Shown here one piece after another: positions 26,995 to 33,536 of a DNA stretch of 55,890 nucleotides (the stretch's first letter is position 1; every line of letters begins with the position of its first letter). Made by a program: the position numbers and the translations under genes. Source of the stretch: a virus (Duplodnaviria > Caudoviricetes); the IMG/VR virus record IMGVR_UViG_3300030095_004334, positions 1 through 55,890 of that record; one strand, 5' to 3'. The notes beneath the pieces were generated by a model. It was not told the origin of the DNA. It saw only the letters and a program-made list of their open reading frames with translations, and searched no databases.

Positions 26995-27336
26995 GTGAGA
27001 AAGAAAAAAATAGATATACAAGATATATTAGATGTTGCCAATATATTACAACGTGATCAATTAACTGTTAGAGATTTATTAGAGGTTATGCAAATAAAAA
27101 CAAAGAGAGCTATACCTTCTAATATGAACGATAACGATTTAAATTATTGGTGGTCATCAAGTAAAGGCCTTAATATTCCAATTTTAGATATGGATTTAAA
27201 CCATATGATAAACGCCTTTTCAAAATCTTTAAACTGGCGTGAAGTATACAAGGAACAAAATAAATTAAGTACAAAAGAAGTTATAGCAAGCGTCAAAAGT
27301 TTTGTTGAGCATCTAGAAAGCGTCAATGATAGATAA
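26995..27336 (+). CDS. Hypothetical protein
   Basis: GAGG RBS, GTG start; SSSKG..IxIxDMDxxHxxNA. Confidence 0.7.
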   Translation: MRKKKIDIQDILDVANILQRDQLTVRDLLEVMQIKTKRAIPSNMNDNDLNYWWSSSKGLNIPILDMDLNHMINAFSKSLNWREVYKEQNKLSTKEVIASVKSFVEHLESVNDR

Positions 27337-27430
27337 AAAAATAATAGATAAATTCCGGGCTGTTAATGTGGCCCGGTATACCCTGGAAATTTTTGAAAAT
27401 AATAGCAGTATTGAATCTATAACCTATAAG

Positions 27431-27465
27431 GCACAAGCCTCAAGCAGCAAGCCTCAAGCAGCAAG
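27431..27465 (+). repeat. Heptamer array, 5 x NNNCAAG
   Basis: GCACAAG CCTCAAG CAGCAAG CCTCAAG CAGCAAG. Confidence 0.85.
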
Positions 27466-27538
27466 CAATACTCACTTAGATTTATTACCTAGTCATGGAC
27501 CTGAGTATTATGCACCAAGACGCAGGCGTAAAAAACTA

Positions 27539-27581
27539 TTGTAATCTTGAGTAAATTTACTTATATTTACTTCCCATGGGA
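27539..27581 (+). promoter_or_regulatory. terS promoter (likely leaderless) with palindrome TCCCATGGGA over the start codon
   Basis: TTGTAA-N17-TATATT ends 8 nt before the ATG; no Shine-Dalgarno. Confidence 0.6.
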
Positions 27582-28103
27582 TTACCAAAAATATTAACAG
27601 AACAACAAAAAAAATTTGCTGAGTTATTAGTTTTTAATGAGGGTCGTATGTCACCTACAGAATGTGCGTATGAAGCAGGATATGCAGAGGGCTCATGCCA
27701 TGTAAGAGCTTCAGAACTAAGAAACCCAAATAAATTTCCTTTAGTCGTCAAGCATATGAATAATCTTAGGGCTGAAATGCAAAAGAAATATGAGATTACT
27801 TATGAGAGACATATAACAGAATTAGCAAGAATTAGACAAGAAGCTATTGAAGCTAAGTCTTGGTCTGCTGCCGTCAATGCAGAGGTCGCAAGGGGTAAAG
27901 CTGCAGGATTATATATAGAACAAAAGATAATTAAACATGGTAAACTAGAAGATCTTACAGAAAAAGAATTAGAAGAAAGAATGAAATCTATTATAGAAGA
28001 AAACAAAGTTCTTTTAGAAGAGGACTTTGAAGAGATAAAAGATAAAGTTAAAAAACCTAGAATTCTAAGGCTTGTTAAACCAATAGAAGAGGATACCGAT
28101 TAA
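27576..28103 (+). CDS. terS: Terminase small subunit
   Basis: LTxxQxKF...AxxAGY...ASxLxNP HTH followed by oligomerisation helices (GKAAGLY). Confidence 0.85.
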   Translation: MGLPKILTEQQKKFAELLVFNEGRMSPTECAYEAGYAEGSCHVRASELRNPNKFPLVVKHMNNLRAEMQKKYEITYERHITELARIRQEAIEAKSWSAAVNAEVARGKAAGLYIEQKIIKHGKLEDLTEKELEERMKSIIEENKVLLEEDFEEIKDKVKKPRILRLVKPIEEDTD

Positions 28104-28282
28104 ATATTTCTTCTTGTTGTGTTAGGAAAACGACCGTCTGTTTTAAAGCTTGTATAAGCAAACAACCAATCACTACCATACTCAGCCTTACAAAAGTCTT
28201 TTATTCCGTCTGGTTCTTTCTTAGTATTAAATATATTTAATAGATATTCTTTCGATTTATTAGTTAAGTTAAACATAATCAA
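28100..28282 (-). CDS. Small hypothetical protein
   Basis: FCxxEYGxDWxxAY pattern; start uncertain. Confidence 0.6.
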   Translation of the reverse strand: MIMFNLTNKSKEYLLNIFNTKKEPDGIKDFCKAEYGSDWLFAYTSFKTDGRFPNTTRRNI

Positions 28283-28337
28283 ATGTTTATTTGAATTTAA
28301 AAAATTAAAAAGTGTTAGATTAACACAACAGATATGC

Positions 28338-28586
28338 CTAAATTAGTTTTAAGTATTCTATTCTTAAAACCACGCCAATAGGAATTACTTGAGATCTACC
28401 GAATAAATCGTCTTGATCAAAGTCGTCTTTATCTGCTGATAATGTTATAGAATTTTTATCTTTTTTAATTAAATACCCTAGTGAAGATATTTGACAAGGT
28501 TTACTTGCTAATAACTCTTCTCTACTTTGCCAAGTAGATAGACTACATTCATTAGTATCTAACCAAACTACTCTAACTATATCCAT
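28338..28586 (-). CDS. Conserved small phage protein
   Basis: VxWxD...SxGYL...IPxGxV; TATAGT just upstream suggests a leaderless mRNA. Confidence 0.7.
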   Translation of the reverse strand: MDIVRVVWLDTNECSLSTWQSREELLASKPCQISSLGYLIKKDKNSITLSADKDDFDQDDLFGRSQVIPIGVVLRIEYLKLI

Positions 28587-28593
28587 ATTTTCA

Positions 28594-28819
28594 CTATAAG
28601 GAATATTAGACCCCCTTCAAGTTTAAATATAAAAATAAAAAATTAGATTGCCATACGGCTAATGAGTTTGATATTTACCAGTGCTTACCACTACTCTGGT
28701 AAGCCTTTTTGACTGTTTTAACCTTATTTATCAACCATTCTAGCCATTTACCACCATTACCGCACCCTACCCTAGTAAAAATATTTTTTTACACATAGGG
28801 GGCCTAATATTCCTTATAG
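28594..28819. repeat. 23-bp inverted repeats flanking a non-coding core (origin candidate)
   Basis: CTATAAGGAATATTAGACCCCCT (28594-28616) versus its inverse at 28797-28819, one mismatch; internal TTACC repeats. Confidence 0.8.
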
Positions 28820-29020
28820 GTAATGCTCTAATAATCCGGCCTCGACACACGTAAATTGAAGCTTTACGTCAATTAAATCAGTCATTTCTTCACGAACCAC
28901 GCTGAAATATTGGTTACAATCGTCATAACTATCGTGAACAATGGATGAAGCCATGCGTACACACTTCTGTTCTACACCTTGACCTATGCAAATCCACCCT
29001 ACTAAAAAAAATTTTAACAA
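28814..29020 (-). CDS. Small Cys-containing hypothetical protein
   Basis: Hydrophobic N-terminus, four Cys. Confidence 0.6.
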   Translation of the reverse strand: MLKFFLVGWICIGQGVEQKCVRMASSIVHDSYDDCNQYFSVVREEMTDLIDVKLQFTCVEAGLLEHYL

Positions 29021-29215
29021 TTAATTTCTAGGGGGATATAAAATGGCCTTGTCTATCATACCACCACCTGCTTTTTTCATACTATTCATAGCGTTGGTAT
29101 AGATAGTCTTAACTTCTTGATCAGTCATAGCCATTAATGCTTTGAGATCTTGTTCAGATAAACCTTGAGCTAATAGATTAATCTCTTTAATCATATCAGT
29201 TTTACTGAGTTCCAT
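29021..29215 (-). CDS. Small hypothetical protein with C-terminal GG motif
   Basis: Ends MKKAGGGMIDKAILYPPRN. Confidence 0.65.
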   Translation of the reverse strand: MELSKTDMIKEINLLAQGLSEQDLKALMAMTDQEVKTIYTNAMNSMKKAGGGMIDKAILYPPRN

Positions 29216-29873
29216 GGTATTTATCTAGTCTCCTTAAAAATTCGTGTTTATAATATCTTAATTTCTCACCCTCTACAATAAATTCTTGGTAATAACTATC
29301 AACACTACACATCATGACAACACCTTTGTTGATCTGAGTACCATAAACATAGTCATGAGCCATAGCGTAAGCAGCTAACTGTAGAAAATAATCCTCGATC
29401 CACTCTTCTCGCTTCGGTTTGTTTGTTTGTTTGAAATCCATAATAGCATCTTGGCCCTCGTGTACTCCCACTAGATCAGCAGAACCTGCGTAAAGACCGG
29501 GGTAATGCATGACAGCCTCAATACCATAAACTAAATCTACCTTCGATAAACCTTTACTAATAATAATATTGGCCATAACTCCTGCTCGCTGTCCAATAGA
29601 AGTCATATCCACATGTTTATTACCTTTGATATGTTCTTCTAGAATATGATGCATCACACTACCTCTAGTGGAAGCAGAGTTCTTAATTTTCTCTGCCTCT
29701 TGTTCCCCTACTCTCTTCTTCCATTCCTTTAAAAAAGTTTTATCTTTCGTCTCACCTAGTATTGTTGTAACACTCGGAAGTTTTTCTTCACCCACAGCAT
29801 AATGCCTATGACCTAAGATAGCTTCTCGAATAGTTTTTGGATAGATGAATTTACTATTTATCGCAATCGACAT
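29202..29873 (-). CDS. PD-(D/E)XK exonuclease (MGME1/RecB-like)
   Basis: PSVTTIL, RGxxxH, YAGxxD, DFK, QLAAYA. Confidence 0.88.
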   Translation of the reverse strand: MSIAINSKFIYPKTIREAILGHRHYAVGEEKLPSVTTILGETKDKTFLKEWKKRVGEQEAEKIKNSASTRGSVMHHILEEHIKGNKHVDMTSIGQRAGVMANIIISKGLSKVDLVYGIEAVMHYPGLYAGSADLVGVHEGQDAIMDFKQTNKPKREEWIEDYFLQLAAYAMAHDYVYGTQINKGVVMMCSVDSYYQEFIVEGEKLRYYKHEFLRRLDKYHGTQ

Positions 29874-30159
29874 ATTTTAATCTTACTCCCATTTCTTTCT
29901 GTTTCTTATTCAGTAATCTATTAATCCGACTTCCTTTTCTTTTCCCGGTCATTCGAATAGAATTACATTTAGAGTCTATTAACTGACATCTTCCCTGATC
30001 ATCGACAACAATTAAATCAAAGGGACATTGAGGGTCAACCGATAAGGCAACCCAATATCCCTTTTTCATGTATTCAATGGCCACGGTCAACTCACCTAGA
30101 GCTCCCTTTGCGGATTTTTTAACCACGATTTTTTTCTCTTTGTCTAACAGACCAGGCAA
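29854..30159 (-). CDS. Small PD-(D/E)XK endonuclease
   Basis: KGxxGE...GYxV...PFDL...IDSK. Confidence 0.7.
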   Translation of the reverse strand: MPGLLDKEKKIVVKKSAKGALGELTVAIEYMKKGYWVALSVDPQCPFDLIVVDDQGRCQLIDSKCNSIRMTGKRKGSRINRLLNKKQKEMGVRLKYVDCDK

Positions 30160-30355
30160 TATATTCCCTCAATTCTTTTTTTGCAGCTGGAGTATATCGT
30201 AGTTCTGTATAACTTCTTATCTTTTTTTCTACCCTAATCATGCGTTGAACAATGTCTAAAAATAAACTGTCTTTTTCTTTTTGACTTAATTTATTCCAAT
30301 TATCTAATACTTTTTGTTCTTCTGCACTTAGCTTTTCTTTTTTAAGTTGTGGCAT
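30119..30355 (-). CDS. Hypothetical protein
   Basis: GGAG RBS; tight packing. Confidence 0.65.
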   Translation of the reverse strand: MPQLKKEKLSAEEQKVLDNWNKLSQKEKDSLFLDIVQRMIRVEKKIRSYTELRYTPAAKKELREYIAWSVRQREKNRG

Positions 30356-30356
30356 T

Positions 30357-30494
30357 CTATTCTCCCATACTCGGACCGTGAGGAATTTTTTCCCACCACT
30401 TATCTACTTCTAGTTTCTTTTCGATAAGAGGTATCTTCGTCCATTTAAATCTTTGTTTTAATATTTTAATAATGTGATCGTATTTATATTTCAT
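30357..30494 (-). CDS. 45-aa hypothetical protein (not in ORF track)
   Basis: MKYKYDHIIKILKQRFKWTKIPLIEKKLEVDKWWEKIPHGPSMGE; same leader repeat as the upstream gene. Confidence 0.6.
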   Translation of the reverse strand: MKYKYDHIIKILKQRFKWTKIPLIEKKLEVDKWWEKIPHGPSMGE

Positions 30495-30771
30495 TCGTTA
30501 CTCTCTTTCTGTCTAGATGATTGATTGATATTGAATTTACTCTTGGTAAATTATCTAATGTCTGATTAATCTCTTTTCTTTTCTCTGCTCTAACGTTAAT
30601 TCCTTCAATAATCCATTTTTGAATTTCTTCAATTATGTTTTTAGAATTATCTTTTTGTAGGTATTCGATCTTTTTTTGTAGCCATTTGACTGTATCGTCT
30701 TGAGCTTTTAATTTAACTAAATTATTTTTTAAATTGTGACGCTCAATAGCTAAGTTTGTTTTACTTATCAT
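30484..30771 (-). CDS. Coiled-coil hypothetical protein flanked by direct repeats
   Basis: ORF lies between two 37-bp repeats. Confidence 0.65.
   Translation of the reverse strand: MISKTNLAIERHNLKNNLVKLKAQDDTVKWLQKKIEYLQKDNSKNIIEEIQKWIIEGINVRAEKRKEINQTLDNLPRVNSISINHLDRKRVTNEI
30491..30527. repeat. 37-bp direct repeat (second copy at 30768-30804)
   Basis: TCATTCGTTACTCTCTTTCTG-N4-GATGATTGATTG, 34 of 37 bases identical. Confidence 0.85.
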
Positions 30772-31643
30772 TCGTTACTCTCTTTCTGATTGGATGATTG
30801 ATTGTCCGATGTAGTAGGGGATGTGAGGGATGAGGCTGTTTCCGAGGGACTTAAGTCGGTCCACCCTGTTGGGTATCCCATGAGCCACTCGACCCACGTT
30901 GGGTTCAACGTCCCACCACCCTTCTTCTCTTTCACTGCCATGGTTAAACCAACTTGTTTTCCCATTGCTATCCGTCTCTGTATTGCCGGATCCGATAGGT
31001 TTCCCCGGTCCCTGTTGTCTGATGCGTTCGGAGTTGGCCACATTTTCACTGCTCCTGCTAACTTTCCCTTCTTCGCTATCTTCTCGTAGTTCGTATTCTC
31101 TCCTGTGTCTTTCCAATCTCTCGCTGCTGGAGTTGGCCATGATCTTCTCGTCACTGTGTTCATGAGAGTCTCTCCTCTTGTCACGTTCGTGCTCGGAGGA
31201 TAAGCTCCGATTTGATCCTTCCAATCTCTCGATGTTGGAGTTGGCCATGTCTGAATTGCCATTGTCAAAGGTGTTCCCCCCTGTGCGTACTTCTTCGTTC
31301 GATTGTTTGCTGAGTCTGTCGTTGGAGTTGGCCACAATCCAGACTCTTTCTCTTTTGTGGTTGGCACCGATGCTAGAAGCTGAAATACTAAACGTCCTTG
31401 CGGAGTAACCTTCACTCTCCAAGTCCGAGAGTACGGTGTCAAGACCGAGTTTAATGTGTCCACCAACGTTTTCTCCAATGACCCAAGTCGGTCGACACTC
31501 TTGGACAAGTCTAAAATACTCTGGCCAAAGATGTCTCGGATCTTGCTCACCTTTTTTGTTACCTGCAACGGAGAAAGGTTGGCAAGGGTATCCTCCTGTG
31601 ATGATGTCGATGTTATTAATTCCATTTGCTTTGAGTTTTTCAT
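30768..31643 (-). CDS. Overprinted beta subunit of C5 methyltransferase 2 (WPTP repeats plus motif IX)
   Basis: 291 open codons inside the MTase gene; four WPTP units; LNPTWVEWLMGYPTGWT supplies motif IX missing from the main frame. Confidence 0.8.
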   Translation of the reverse strand: MKNSKQMELITSTSSQEDTLANLSPLQVTKKVSKIRDIFGQSILDLSKSVDRLGSLEKTLVDTLNSVLTPYSRTWRVKVTPQGRLVFQLLASVPTTKEKESGLWPTPTTDSANNRTKKYAQGGTPLTMAIQTWPTPTSRDWKDQIGAYPPSTNVTRGETLMNTVTRRSWPTPAARDWKDTGENTNYEKIAKKGKLAGAVKMWPTPNASDNRDRGNLSDPAIQRRIAMGKQVGLTMAVKEKKGGGTLNPTWVEWLMGYPTGWTDLSPSETASSLTSPTTSDNQSSNQKESNE

Positions 31644-31815
31644 ATGTAAGCTCCTTTATATCTCCATAAATGGGAACATTCTCCCAATGTTTTCTTAATA
31701 CTTTTTGACAAAAGGGATCGTAGTCACAGAAAGCAACAGTTTCAAATTCTCCTGTTGCTTCTAATCCTAGACTAAACCCACCAATACCACTAAATAAATC
31801 TAAGTGTTGATACAT
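30775..31815 (-). CDS. DNA (cytosine-5)-methyltransferase 2, alpha subunit
   Basis: DLFSGIGG, GGYPCQPFS, ENV, HxRERVW, RLKSLGNS. Confidence 0.92.
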   Translation of the reverse strand: MYQHLDLFSGIGGFSLGLEATGEFETVAFCDYDPFCQKVLRKHWENVPIYGDIKELTYEKLKANGINNIDIITGGYPCQPFSVAGNKKGEQDPRHLWPEYFRLVQECRPTWVIGENVGGHIKLGLDTVLSDLESEGYSARTFSISASSIGANHKRERVWIVANSNDRLSKQSNEEVRTGGNTFDNGNSDMANSNIERLEGSNRSLSSEHERDKRRDSHEHSDEKIMANSSSERLERHRREYELREDSEEGKVSRSSENVANSERIRQQGPGKPIGSGNTETDSNGKTSWFNHGSEREEGWWDVEPNVGRVAHGIPNRVDRLKSLGNSLIPHIPYYIGQSIIQSERE

Positions 31816-31985
31816 TAGTTTATGGTCCTATCGTCAATATCTTCGTCTTCATAACCATGGTCTTTTAAAAGTTTGAGTAAACGTTTTACTTCTTCAAGAC
31901 TAGCCATGAGAAGAAGCTCTAACTTATCCCTTGGCATTTTACTTGTTATTTCTTTAAGTTTTTCTAGATCTAATAGTTTTTCCAT
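31815..31985 (-). CDS. 56-aa hypothetical protein (not in ORF track)
   Basis: MEKLLDLEKLKEITSKMPRDKLELLLMASLEEVKRLL...; TAATG coupling to the MTase. Confidence 0.65.
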   Translation of the reverse strand: MEKLLDLEKLKEITSKMPRDKLELLLMASLEEVKRLLKLLKDHGYEDEDIDDRTIN

Positions 31986-32202
31986 TGTTCTTCTTTCTTT
32001 GTAATACTGTTATTTCTTTTCTTTCTAAAAGTTCTTTTGTAGCTTCAAAAAGATCTTTGTTTACATTTATTTTTATACCACCAGGTAATCCTATTTGCAT
32101 AGGTTCGGATGGTTCCGGGTATTGTTCTTCTTGTTTTCTAAACTCTTTAGACTCTACCCAATCAGTAACATAACTTCTAAATGCGTGTGGTTTCTTTTTC
32201 AT
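31954..32202 (-). CDS. Hypothetical protein
   Basis: AGAAAGGA RBS; overlapping packing. Confidence 0.6.
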   Translation of the reverse strand: MKKKPHAFRSYVTDWVESKEFRKQEEQYPEPSEPMQIGLPGGIKINVNKDLFEATKELLERKEITVLQRKKNNGKTIRSRKT

Positions 32203-32365
32203 TATTTTTCCTTTCTTCTATCTTTTTAAATTCTTCTAAACTTATTTCACCTTGACTATCACAAACATCACATTGAAAATAATTATCCCAAGAATTAATA
32301 AGAACATATCCATTACCCATACAGGCAGGACATATTTTTTTATTATTTTGTTGAGAGTTTTCCAT
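32177..32365 (-). CDS. Small DnaJ-type zinc-finger protein
   Basis: CPACMGNG ... CDVCDSQG. Confidence 0.75.
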   Translation of the reverse strand: MENSQQNNKKICPACMGNGYVLINSWDNYFQCDVCDSQGEISLEEFKKIEERKNNEKETTRI

Positions 32366-32516
32366 TAAGTTTTTTTGCTTTCTCATTGGCTAATAGTTCT
32401 ATTGTTTTAGATATACTAAGTCTTGTGTTATCTAACAAAGCACTACTAATTTTATTCAACTTATTGTGAGTATCTATGTGAACTGATACTGATTTGTATT
32501 TATTTGTGTTCGGCAT
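32343..32516 (-). CDS. Ribbon-helix-helix-like DNA-binding regulator (start refined to 32516)
   Basis: AGGAG RBS; YKSVSV beta strand followed by two helices (LSISKTIELL). Confidence 0.6.
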   Translation of the reverse strand: MPNTNKYKSVSVHIDTHNKLNKISSALLDNTRLSISKTIELLANEKAKKLNGKLSTK

Positions 32517-32533
32517 TTTTATTTCTCCTATTA

Positions 32534-32570
32534 TATGGGATTTTATACCATGCCAAGAAGGTATTGACAA
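32534..32570 (-). promoter_or_regulatory. Sigma70 promoter with ATCCCATA box at the start site
   Basis: TTGTCA-N17-TATAAA with extended TG, followed by ATCCCATA. Confidence 0.75.
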
Positions 32571-32646
32571 GAAAATAATTGTGAATAAGATAATAAATCT
32601 TCACCTTTATGCTCATCTGAGCTTTATTCTGAAGCCAGGTGAGCAG
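32564..32646 (+). ncRNA. Candidate small RNA (promoter plus hairpin)
   Basis: TTGACA-N16-TAAGAT; hairpin UGCUCAUCUG/CAGGUGAGCA whose G-U pairs work only on the plus strand. Confidence 0.45.
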
Positions 32647-32898
32647 CTAATCTTCTAGTTCTACGTCTATTTCTAGTTCTTCTTCTTCTTTTTTATTAAG
32701 TTTATCTATAATTCTTTTGCTTTCTTTCTCTAATTCTTCCGGTTGATCTATAAATTGAAATAAAATTTTACCATTAATCATTTGTTCATATTGTGAATGA
32801 CAATGAAAACACCTATAAACTAATTTATCTCTGATATCTTGTTTAACTAAAGGTGTGTATTCAGCACATGTATGACAAATTCCTAATACTACTATCAT
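32647..32898 (-). CDS. Zinc-ribbon protein
   Basis: CHTC ... CFHC; acidic tail. Confidence 0.7.
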   Translation of the reverse strand: MIVVLGICHTCAEYTPLVKQDIRDKLVYRCFHCHSQYEQMINGKILFQFIDQPEELEKESKRIIDKLNKKEEEELEIDVELED

Positions 32899-33536
32899 TA
32901 CTTCTGTTCTTTAAAATTATAAAAATAATTTGTATCATCTCCTGCAGTCCACTTGCTTACTGATTCTACATTATATTCAATCGTAGATACTTTAAAGTCA
33001 GGTTGTTTTGGCTCTGATGGAGTCAATGATTTATCATAAAATAATGTTCGATTGTTAGGTTGAGCTGCAAAGTGACCATTTTCTAACTCTAAAATATTAA
33101 AAGATTTATGTTCTTCTGGTACTTGTGAATAATTTATATTAGGTAAATTATGATCAGCATGACAACTATCAATTGTAAATAAATACTCTCCTTTGTACCA
33201 TTGTTTAGAAGGAGATAAATATTTTGCTCTTGGTGGCACAGTTGTTTTTTCTATAACTGTAATATGATAACTAAAAGCATCCCATAATTCTAATTCTTCT
33301 AGAGATAAATCTTCTTTAACATCAGGTGAACTAACAAAAGCACTGATAGGTAGTTTATCATACAAAGCAGCATACTCTGGTATATATGTTTCAAAGTATA
33401 ATGCTCTACCTTGTATAGATTTTACTGTTGCCCAAATACCTTCTACATATTCTCCATGACCTTTTTGTAAATCATAAAGATATTGTTTTTTTACCCAAAC
33501 TTTAACAGGTGGTATGTTTGCTACTAAGAATGACAT
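32898..33536 (-). CDS. Conserved phage hypothetical protein
   Basis: ANIPP, KLPISAF, YLFTID, EHKS, AAQPNNR blocks; coupled to the polymerase. Confidence 0.75.
   Translation of the reverse strand: MSFLVANIPPVKVWVKKQYLYDLQKGHGEYVEGIWATVKSIQGRALYFETYIPEYAALYDKLPISAFVSSPDVKEDLSLEELELWDAFSYHITVIEKTTVPPRAKYLSPSKQWYKGEYLFTIDSCHADHNLPNINYSQVPEEHKSFNILELENGHFAAQPNNRTLFYDKSLTPSEPKQPDFKVSTIEYNVESVSKWTAGDDTNYFYNFKEQK

Noticed and set aside
27326-27544. 72-aa ORF before terS
   Set aside because: It has a junction-like RBS but runs through the hairpin and heptamer array homologous to the non-coding module at 25.3 kb; doubtful, though not excluded
31030-31334. Regularly spaced repeats as a possible CRISPR array
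   Set aside because: Repeat is only 11 bp, spacers are 76-97 bp and coding in two frames; no cas genes; the 29202 nuclease lacks Cas4 Fe-S cysteines
30802-31698. Five antisense ORFs over the MTase
   Set aside because: Explained by higher GC and stop-codon depletion from dual coding on the other strand; no motifs
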